Origin: Eledone cirrhosa
Lineage: Eukaryota
NCBI GenBank assembly: GCA_964016885.1
Contig: OZ024743.1
Coordinates: 350,052,001 to 350,116,000 of the forward strand
DNA: 64,000 nt
Direction of reading: 5' to 3'
Position numbers and translations under genes: made by a program. Every line of letters starts with the position of its first letter. Position 1 is the first letter of the stretch. The notes beneath the pieces were generated by a model. It was given only the letters and a program-made list of their open reading frames with translations. It was not told the DNA's origin and searched no databases. Positions 54,105 through 64,000 of this stretch are shown here, piece by piece.

Positions 54105-55332
54105 AAATGAAAACTACCCCACCTCCTCCCCCACCATCAACAACCACACCCCCACAACCACCTTCACCATCAACACCACCACCACCACCACCACCCTTAC
54201 CATCTACCCCATCGTCACCTCCAACAACACGACAGCAAACACAGACACCCAAACAGCAGACACAATACACAGCCATAGACACAGACAACACAAAGCTTTT
54301 AAAAAACTTTCAACACCACACCAACATCACAGAAACAAACTACGTACAAACCACCAACATTGCACCCCCCCACACACACACATAAAAATAATAGAAATTA
54401 CACAAAAAAATTACATAACATTAAAAAAAATGTTCCCCACATCAATTGGAGATTACCGAGGGAACATCACCAAAAGAATATTCACGGATATTCCTCGAAA
54501 TCATGCACGAACTGCTGCGGCTCTCAGCCACTGAGGCGGAGTGTTGCGAAAAGCCGATAACAGCAGCTGAAGTACGGGAGGCAATGACTGGCTGCACAAG
54601 GGGTAAATCGCCTGGTTTGGATGGTCTGCCCTATGAACTTTACGTACAGATGCCAGACTTGTTCGGAGGCCTCTTGGCGGACGTCTACTGCAACTGGCAA
54701 CAGAACGGTGAGCCGAGGAGCGGTGGCGCTGCTGAAAAAGGATCCGAACAAGGGGGATAACATAGATAATTTCAGGCCCATAACTCTTCTAAACACAGAG
54801 TTCAAGATTTTGGCCAAGGTGCTAGCAAAGAGGTTGGCGCTTGTCATTGGTGGTCTAGTGGGAGAGGCATAGACATGCGCCATTCCCGACAGATCCATCC
54901 ACGACAACCTCCACCTCATGCGATGCATCGTGGAGCGGGTAGCTAGGGAACCTGGCACGGGTGGGTCCTTGATCAATTTAGATCAGTCGAAAGCTTTCGA
55001 TAGGGTCGACCATCGTTATCTGGCGGCAGTCCTGAGGGCGGCTGGCTTTGGGCCCGTCTTCAGAGGCTGGATCGCTGCCATGCACAGCGACATCTGCTCT
55101 GTGGTGAGAGGATAATTGCCCTGGTGGTCAGGGTCACTGTGGCCTTTTAATGGGCTTTCTCCACAAATGTCCCTCGGAAGTCTGCCCCCTATTGGGGAAT
55201 TTTTCATTGTTATTTTTTGGTTACATCCTCTGTTTTATTTTTTACACACAGAAATGCCCATTTGTACCGTCCTGTATTGTACTGTACTGTCCTTAATGTC
55301 TGCTTTATGTAAACCTTTCTGGTTAATAAAGA

Positions 55333-55368
<36 letters not shown>
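54105..55368 (+). mobile_element. Internally deleted Tx1-like copy (ORF1 tail + RT piece + 3'UTR) ending in (TTA)n
   Basis: 54516-55110 matches copy B RT; 55116-55335 matches the 3'UTR; Pro/Thr-rich ORF1 end upstream. Confidence 0.85.
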
Positions 55369-56039
55369 CATCATCATCATCATCACCATCAATATTATCA
55401 TTATTATTTTATCTTCATAACTGTTACTAGTAATATAACTAATACTAATTATGTTCCTTGTGAGTATTGTGATTATTGTTGCTATTGCTAGTGGTGTTGT
55501 TGCTGATGCTATTGCTGGTGACCCCAGTGTTGCCGCCGGATGGGAAATTGTAACCTGACACCAATCCCACACAATACCAATTTCAGCACCAACCAGTCGA
55601 GGAATTTCTTTGTCACTTGTCCTGTTTTGAATACTTCATTGTTTGTCTGTTGACAGTAGACGCCTGGCTGACAATGTCTGCTCTTTGAAGGTTTTTTAAG
55701 TGGAGAAACGCCTTGCACTCGACCAATCCCACGCTCTGAGCATCTAAAACACAATCCGGATCAACATCACCGGATGCTTCCGAAGCCGCAGGATTTCTTT
55801 TTCAGAGTTTCCCTCTCTTAGGGTGGTGTTGTGGCAACTGGGGGCCTTTCACTCCCAGCTGGAAAAGAAATACTATTTGGATGGCCGTTGAATCTGCTGA
55901 GTTCCTGCGCCCGCAGCGTGTCCAAATATCAGCCTCCCCACCAAGCAAGCTTGATGGGGTTGCCGGTTTAGTCACCGACGGCCCGACCATGAGACAGGTT
56001 GTACTGGGTTAGATGTTACCAGTAGCATTCGAGAGCGAC

Positions 56040-56830
56040 CTAATATAATATGTCGTCTCCTCTTTGCTTTATGCTTGTGAAACATGTGTCATGTACAGAA
56101 AGCACCGTACGGAACTGAATAAATTTCACTAACAATATCTTCGTAAATTACTTGGGGTGCGATGGAAATGTTCATCAGTGATTTGGAAGTTCTCGAACTG
56201 AGCAGGTGCGTGACTATAGAGAGCATGATATTTCGGTTGAGGTGGTGCGGACATTTGGTCTGGATGTCCAATGATCATATTCCAAAGTAACTTCTCAATG
56301 GAGAACTGTGTGAAGGAAGATTACCACCACACAAACCAAAAACGTGGTACCGGGACTGTGTCAGGGGCACTTTTTGGCTTGTGCTGGAATTTCATGTGAT
56401 GAATGGGAGAAAACGCCTGAGGGGCGTATGAAGTGGAGACGTTTGATCAAGCCAGGTAGTGAACACTGAAACTCGCCGAAGAGAACACCTAACACAGAAA
56501 AGGAAGGTGAGGAAAAGAAACTGTTCTGAACTGCCTGATGTTGAATATCATCTGGTTTGCCAGCACTGTGGTCGTGTCGGCCTGAGCAAAGTCGGTTTCA
56601 TTAGACACGAACAAAGTCATATCAGTAGACCTCATGTAGATTATGATCTGAAAAGGTGTAAGCAATGTGGGAAGCAATGTGCAAGCATGAGAAGTCTTAA
56701 AAGACACATGAGAACACAGTCAGAACAAAGCAATGGAAAGTCCCAGAAGAGCCTACAGATGCCATGTGTGTGCCAGAGGGAGCAAGTCTTTGGCTGATTT
56801 AAAGAACCTCACATTTATGATGGCAACGCT
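56040..56830 (+). mobile_element. RTE-BovB-like 3' fragment with C2H2 fingers
   Basis: LLYACET, LRWCGHLVWM..IPK..GEL; CQHC..HEQSH, CKQC..HMRT. Confidence 0.7.
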
Positions 56831-57751
56831 CGAACACGTGTATGCAGCTATCATGTAAATATGTGTATATATGAAGTAAGCATGCCTATGCACTCAAACT
56901 GTATCTGCCTGTATTTTCGTTTGTTTATGTGTTTTCATGTTGTTTACAAACCGGTTTATGAGAAGAACACGGTGACAGAAATTGCTATTCCAATTATTAA
57001 CATGTTCAAGCCCGAACAGCTGACTCTTTCTTATTGTCCGTTTTAACTCTGCTTTTAACTTTTGTTTTGTTTTATCAAATAGTTGACACACTGACATAAT
57101 TGTTATTCTCAATATATTACGATCAAGAGTCTGCTTTTATCATTGATTTATATCTAGCCCCAGATGTTTTACATTTTCCGTAATACAATCTTTATACTAA
57201 GGCCTATACTGTGTGCTTTTTCAATGCGCAAGCTCACCATAAAAGATATGTGCACGCACATATATATTACATACATATATATATATGATTGTGTGTATGT
57301 ATATATGTCTATATATATTTATATATTTATATGCAGAGAGAGAGAGGGAGAGAGAAAGTGAGAGTGAAAGAGAGAGAGAAATAGAGAGAGAGAGATGTGT
57401 GTGTGTGAGTAGTGAACGGAAAAACACAACACGATGAAGTAAAATGAAGGTATATATATTTGTTTCACGCTTAATATAGTAGGAAGAGTCTTAACATTTC
57501 TGACGTCTAATCCTTCATCATTAGATTAATCCTTCATCATTAGAGATTAAAGAAAAATAGATGTCAGTGAGAAGGGGCAGAAAAGAAAAACGTTTCTTGG
57601 AGAAAAAGCAGGTCTGTTCATTTCACTATATTTTGGAAAACACTCCAAAGGAAATCACTTATTTGTTGTTTTTTTAAGAATAACCAATCGTTGCTTTATT
57701 ATTTTAATTTTCATAGCAACTCTCGGGAATAAATTCTAGAAACATATTTAC

Positions 57752-57813
57752 CTGATGTCATTTATCAACACATACAAGACATTGTTCATTACTTTTTTAT
57801 ACTCCGTTAGCAA
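57752..57813 (-). CDS. Host gene exon, SEA domain middle: LLTEYKKVMNNVLYVLINDI(R)
   Basis: tatttcag acceptor, ag|gtaaat donor; only phase 0 is open; phase 0-2 links both neighbours. Confidence 0.8.
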
Positions 57814-58975
57814 CTGAAATATATCAAAAAATAGAAGGACAAGGTGAGTTTCAAAACATATCTAATATATATAATAGGTGGTGTATTGGTTCCTAGTTCC
57901 GCTGTCAGATGTCACACGATAAAAAGAAAAGGAACATATCTGTTAAAGGAGTAACATACATACTAATGGAAGTGGCAGGTAAAATATGGGTCACACGCGC
58001 GCACACACATACATATGCATACACCCACACCCACATATATATATATATACATATATATATGTATATATGCATACACACACATAAGTTTTATCGTCTGTTT
58101 ATAGCATTTTTACGACGTGTAGGTTTTTCACCCTTTATTCATTATGTTTGACATATCCGAAGATATATATTCCTTTTCTCACATTCTTTTCTTTCTGTTT
58201 CTTCAAACTGTTGCTTTATTTAATACTGTATTTGTAGTGTTTGAGAATGGACAATATGAATCGTTTTACTCCACTAAAGATGCAGTGAATTCATTCATAT
58301 ATTTTCATTGATACACTTCTACATTTTTGTTTATTTACCTAGTGTCATTAAGTATATCACTCCGCTACATGAATTTCATTGTGATTTTCAAGAGACCTTA
58401 ATTCAATATTTTCTTCATTGTAAATAATTATAGTGATTGAAATAGACAAATGTCCTCTCCTGAGTCTCCTGAACACATCGGTAGAAAATGCTGTTATATT
58501 ACAGTCTTATATATTTGTGAATCTGTGTAGCCTATGTAATCATATTCTGCTACCCTAGGATAAAGAATATATGTAGGTGGTTAAGTTATTTTTTACAATA
58601 TTTAACAAATTTTAAAATATAGCTCTATAATGAAATTATTGTATTTCGTAAGCGTAACATATATAATTGGTTCAGCTCTTCTATTCCTTTGTTATTGGAA
58701 AATATGACATTGTGCTCCTTGTTAGTTTACCGTATTTAAGTGGAATTAGGAAGGGACATTCATTACAAGCAACTAATAAGTGAGAATAAGTCAGGCATTG
58801 ATTTTTGAAATGAGGAAAATCTATCTTCTTGGTATAAACATGGGTTTCGTTTCGGAATTCCGGAAATATTACCGAATATGAAAAGCACATGAAGATGAGC
58901 GGAGAGTACAGCAGTAAAAAAAAATGCGATTATAACCACTAAGATGAGAAGACTAGTTGAAATAAATCAACTTAC

Positions 58976-59145
58976 AATTGTTTCTGCTTTTGGCCAGCAA
59001 TTATCCAGTGCATTGCTGGTACTTTATTTTATCGACTCTATAAGGATGAAAGGCAACGTTTAAGCTCGGTGGGTTTTGAAATCAGACCATAAATGGCCGT
59101 AACTCTATGCTGTAACTCTACCGATACTGTCAATTCACTGCCCTA
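58976..59145 (-). mobile_element. tRNA-derived SINE (diverged)
   Basis: Same core as 29147. Confidence 0.75.
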
Positions 59146-59277
59146 TGAATCAATTATAATAAATGCTATTTTCATTCCCTGGCCATTATAAATAAAGCCA
59201 GATTTCTAATCTACTAGCTGATGCTCTGTGTGTATGCTCTGTGTTACATTATCATTTTTAAGACAAGATTAAGCTCA

Positions 59278-59482
59278 TTGATTGCCAGTATCGGTAGAGG
59301 GTCAGACGCAGCATAGAGTTATGACCCTTTATGATCTGAGTTCAAATCCCACCGAGGTTAACTTTGCGTTTCATACTTACGGTGTCGATAAAATAAAGTA
59401 CCAGTCACGCACTGGGGTCGATTTAATCGACTGTTCCCTCCCCCAAAATTGCTGGCCTTGTGCCTATATAAGAAACCATTAT
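59278..59482 (+). mobile_element. tRNA-derived SINE (longer-tail variant)
   Basis: Same core plus ggggtcgatttaatcgac tail. Confidence 0.8.
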
Positions 59483-59743
59483 TTTTAAAGAATTGAAATT
59501 AGGTTTATGTAAATAGGCTTCACCAGGTTATTATGCCTGCGAGTATATTTCTTCGGTGTTTTTGTAAGATAATATGATACAATGCGATATATTGATAACG
59601 TTTGAAGTAAATACACAATATAGGTGTCATATATCATATATATTGTTGATATGTTGTAGGTCTTACTTTCATTATGTATAACAAGATTCTCATTCTCTCA
59701 AAATAACCAGGATCAATTAGATACACCTTATAAAAATACTTAC

Positions 59744-59823
59744 GCTGATTGTCAGTGACTTATTTAAATTTGGAATAGAGTTGTATGACATATTGATTCT
59801 AAGTACCACATTGTAAATAAAAT
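59744..59823 (-). CDS. Host gene exon, SEA domain start: YFIYNVVLRINMSYNSIPNLNKSLTIS
   Basis: ctttctttttcag acceptor, gtaagt donor, phase 1-0, open. Confidence 0.8.
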
Positions 59824-61359
59824 CTGAAAAAGAAAGAGAATGATGGATATAAAACGACTTTAAAAGACAAATCAGAAATATTACAAGAGTGAAAAATAGT
59901 ATTCAATGAATAAAAATCTAGCTAGCTATTCATAAATAGTTAGAGTTACCGAAACAAAATATAATTATTTCATATCTGCGAAATAGCTAATTGCATTATT
60001 TCGAGGTTATTGCCCCTTACCAAGTTTGTGTATCTCTCCTTTTTCTGCTTCACACTGGATCGCTTGAGTATATATAGTATTCTCTAAAGTATACATCGGC
60101 TGATTAGCCTCATTTGCATACCTAGCGACTTTACAGCTGGATTTGCCAAAATTTAAAATAGGAAATTCGCTTTCGCTCTGACATAGCGGTTACATAAATG
60201 CATTTGCGTGTGAATAATAATAATATTATAATAATGCTATTAATATTCGATTCGTTTATAAGCAACAGCCTCACAACGCCATATGTTCTAGACAACTAAC
60301 ATCATCTTTTTGTTTCAGCGGTAGCAGAGAGAAAGTATTATTATAATATTATTATTATACACACACGAATGCATTTACGTATCCGCTGTGCTAGAGCGAA
60401 AACAAATTTTGTTTTTAAATAGATACTTGTTATATAAATAAGCAGATAGGACCGTGTAATGCATAAATATGAACGTAGATACACCTAGAACAAACTTAAA
60501 GTAAACACTGAATGTCTCTATAGGTAAGTAATATACTCCGAAAACAAAGCCAATAATAAACAAAACACCCAGTAAATAAGACTATCGAATGTCAAACTCG
60601 TAAGTAATACACTTATTAAAACAAAGCTAATTACAAACTAAATCTCTATACTGAATCCAAGACATCATCCATAATTCCTACTTCAAACATCATCCATATT
60701 TTCTGGCTCAAACTCCGTAAACCCAATCACTAGCCTGGTCTAAATATGAGTATGGGAAAGACAGTTTTCAAGCTCAGCGTCCTATTACGCTGTTTCAGTA
60801 TAAAAATAGACAACAAGCAATATCTATTATTATATGCAGCGACTACAACCCCATTTCGTAATAATCTACACCAACCAGACCCATTCCCGTAACTAATTTT
60901 GTATGCAGTAAAGTACATGAAATTAGACAAAGGCATGCTCGGCAAAAAGCATCCATTTTTGTTTTTTGTGATATGGTATACTCACGACTGCAACGATTTT
61001 GCTTTGCAGAGTTCAAGACGAAAAAGTTATATCCGTGTTACCATTAATATAAACATAGTTTATCATGATTCTCCCTCATATGATTATATTTGAATACGAC
61101 TTTGTCAGACGCTCAGTAATGCTTCTGAGTGACGAGACCACGAGAATAAAGATTCGCTTTTTCTCTTTTTGAGTGTAAATGAGGGTCGAATCGTGATATA
61201 TGAGACTTTTTCATAAGGAATACGATTGAAAAAACGGCCGGATGAATTAAAGTGTCTAGCTACAGTTTTGATTATTGACTGGGTGTTATTGAAAACATCG
61301 CTAACGTGCTTGTTAAACAGGTCATTGAAACACACAAAGACACACACACACGCACACAC

Positions 61360-61386
61360 ACTGATTGACGATATCTGTGGTAGCAA
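61360..61386 (-). CDS. Host gene micro-exon FATTDIVNQ
   Basis: tttttcag acceptor paralogous to the mucin exons; gtgtgt donor gives 27 nt, phase 1-1. Confidence 0.5.
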
Positions 61387-61824
61387 CTGAAAAATAGAAG
61401 GTCAAATAATATATTTGTTTATATCTATTGATAGATATTTGGCTGTTAATATTAGCAATTAAAGTGGTGGAAATCCATATTTCAATCAAACTCTTCGACA
61501 TGTTTTGAAAGGAGAAGCCATATTGAAGAATCAATAAATTGAATGTTTACGAAGTTATAACATTCATTTTCAAAATATCAAAATGGTGCGTAGTGCACAA
61601 TTGATATACATATATAGATGTGTTGTGTGTGTGTGTGTGTGTGTGTGTACATATATAAATTTGAAGAATTTGAAGACACAGAGTCACGAAGAATGAATAA
61701 GCTTTAGTACAATGCATAGATTCAACTGCCGCGAAATGTATGACTAAATATCAATGCAGATGTAACAGTGGTCAATGAAAAAAGTAATAAAATTTATAGA
61801 GAAGATTAATAAACTTCTAATTAC

Positions 61825-61905
61825 ATTGCGTTTCCGTTGCATTATTTATGGAATCAACTGTGGCAGCAACTGTGGGAGTAGTTGTGATGGCATCTGTGGT
61901 ATTAA
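61825..61905 (-). CDS. Host gene exon (mucin-like, copy 2): FNTTDAITTTPTVAATVDSINNATETQ
   Basis: Same splice sites as copy 1; 81 nt, phase 1-1; 549 bp from copy 1. Confidence 0.75.
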
Positions 61906-62147
61906 CTGAAAAATAGGACGTAACATAGTATATTTGTTTATATCTATTGAGAGATATTTGGCTGTTAATATTAGCAATTAAAGGGGTGGAAATTCATATT
62001 TCAATCAAACTCTTCGTCATGTTTTGAAAGGAGAAGCCATATTGAGGAATCAATAAATTGAATGTTTACGAAGTTATAATATTCATTTTCAAAATATCAA
62101 AATGGTGCGTAGTGCACAATTGATATACATATATAGATGTGTGTGTG

Positions 62148-62181
<34 letters not shown>

Positions 62182-62373
62182 GCGTGTACATATATAAATT
62201 TGAAGAATTTGAAGACACAGAGTCACGAAGAATGAATAAACTTTACTAAATTTTAGTACAATGCATAGATTCAACTGCCGCGAAATGTATGACTAAATAT
62301 CAATGCAGATGTAACAGTGGTCAATGAAAAAAATAATAAAATTTATAGAGAAGATTAATAAACTTCTAATTAC

Positions 62374-62454
62374 ATTGCGTTTCCGTTGCATTATTTTTGG
62401 AATCAACTGTGGCAGCAACTGTGGGAGTAGTTGTGATGGCATCTGTGGTATTAA
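62374..62454 (-). CDS. Host gene exon (mucin-like, copy 1): xNTTDAITTTPTVAATVDSKNNATETQ
   Basis: tttttcag acceptor and gtaatt donor; 81 nt, phase 1-1, open; Thr-rich with NxT sequons. Confidence 0.75.
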
Positions 62455-62532
62455 CTGAAAAATAGGACGTAACATAGTATATTTGTTTATATCTATTGAG
62501 AGATATTTGGCTGTTAATATTAGCAATTAAAG

Positions 62533-62611
62533 TACCAGTCACGCACTGGGGTCGATTTAATCGACTTTCCCCTCCCCCAAAATCACTGGCCTTGTGCCTA
62601 TATAAGAAACC
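62533..62611 (+). mobile_element. 5'-truncated SINE with 17-bp TSD
   Basis: TSD aatattagcaattaaag at 62516-62532 and 62612-62628; empty site in sister units. Confidence 0.9.
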
Positions 62612-62789
62612 AATATTAGCAATTAAAGGGGTGGAAATTCATATTTCAATCAAACTCTTCGACGTGTTTTGAAAGGAGAAGCCATATTGAAGAATCAATA
62701 AATTGAATGTTTACGAAGTTATAATATTCATTTTCAAAATATCAAAATGGTGCGTAGTGCACAATTGATATACATATATAGATGTGTGC

Positions 62790-62831
<42 letters not shown>

Positions 62832-63317
62832 CTATTTGTGTTTTTGTGTGTGTTTGTGCATGTGTATTTGTGTGTGGGTGTGTATATGTATTACTAACAT
62901 TCTCATTGTATGTGTGTCTGAGTATGTAACATTGCTGTAGCTCAAAATTTCCATTTACATGAGAAATATATATATCTACACCACGTTACTATCTACCTTT
63001 TTGAGAATGAAAAAAACAACGACATATTGCTCTTCCAGCGCATCCCCCTTACAATTCTCCGGGGAAACGCCTTCTCCATTCTGTCATCCGGGCTTGTGAG
63101 GAGGCCAGCACGTGGGACCCCATGCGCTCACCATACAGATTAAGACATATATTCTCTCTTCTTTTATTTACTACTTTACGCATTGGTTAATGTGATCATA
63201 AGTCTAAATAAGTGTCGGAATGGTCACAGCTAGAATGCTGGTCATAGCTTTTGTTAATTAGTGCTGACTACACAACATTAAACAAGTGCATGCATTTAAT
63301 CTGGCATTAATGTTTTT

Positions 63318-63495
63318 GGATTGGCAGTATCGGTAGAGGGTCGGACGCCATGCTTTCCAGCATAGTTACGTCCCTTTATGATCTGAGTTCAAATCCCGCC
63401 GAGGTTGACTTTGCCTTTCATCCTTACAGGGTCGATAAAATAAAGTACCAGTAATGCACTGGGTAATTGCTGGCCTTGTGCCTAAAGTAGAAACA
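63318..63495 (+). mobile_element. tRNA-derived SINE with TSD attaatgtttt
   Basis: Family match to 29147; TSD at 63306-63316 and 63496-63506. Confidence 0.88.
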
Positions 63496-64000
63496 ATTAA
63501 TGTTTTATCAAATCAATTCTTTTTCTTTGTAGAGGCTACTTTGTTGATTCATGTGTTGGAGTATTTCAAGGATATTTAGCGAAATTGTCGTGTAGACAAT
63601 TATTTGATTATGAATTCTTTAATTTGGGTTTAAATCCACTTCTGAAGTTTTGTTCAGGTATATGAACTGAAAACATATATATGTATATATGATGACATCA
63701 TTTTTTTAGTAGATGAAAAATGGGGTCAGATATTTTTTTAGTGTTATCAGGCATTGATTGACCATTTCATTTTAGTGCCGTTCACAATTCAGACTTCCCG
63801 ATTATGGTTTTCCGTCACCAAATGGGGTAAGTGGAACACATCCGAGAAAGAAGCCCCAGCGGGGTAGAATGGCTAATACAATTAGTATCACTGGCTATTC
63901 TCCTTGGCAACGCTTTCGCTATTTTAAATGTTTGGCGCAGCTGTGTCATACCGTCCAGCCGAGGGGATCAGGAAAATGCATTTTTTTTGTGCATAATATG

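Larger units (their letters stand above)
61405..62790. repeat. ~549-bp tandem duplication (about 2.5 units) carrying the mucin exon
   Basis: Near-identical units including a GT microsatellite and the exon. Confidence 0.92.

Noticed and set aside
60840-60956. Signal-peptide-like minus-strand ORF MDAFCRACLCLISC...
   Set aside because: Stops after 37 codons, has no convincing donor and lies downstream of the mucin exons
61405-62790. CRISPR-like or prokaryotic repeat system
   Set aside because: Long identical units without unique spacers; eukaryotic intron/exon context; no cas genes

Overview
AT-rich animal genomic DNA. The tRNA-like SINEs, (GAT)n-tailed RTE LINEs and very long (TA)n tracts suggest an octopod cephalopod (inference). 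The ORF track misses the host gene. By reading splice sites I reconstructed a minus-strand, phase-consistent multi-exon gene for a single-pass SEA-domain mucin-like glycoprotein, with tandemly duplicated Thr-rich exons, an R|NGSVIV motif split by a ~26 kb intron, a TM exon and a probable GC-AG intron. Its introns and flank are packed with retroelements: (1) a head-to-tail array of Tx1/L1-like elements in (TTA)n with near-identical ORF2 but different ORF1/5'UTRs; (2) two divergent RTE LINEs, one intact, with a PHD-type finger inside the RT; (3) a near-intact Naiad-type Penelope-like element with ~0.9 kb inverted pseudo-LTRs, each carrying a hammerhead ribozyme; (4) Dong/R4, CRE and BovB-like fragments; (5) a 6.2 kb structured TA satellite. 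About a dozen hammerhead-like motifs of several families are scattered through the window. Many sit in fold-back palindromes, and one lies in a 593-bp retrozyme-like unit. All calls were made by eye, without database searches.
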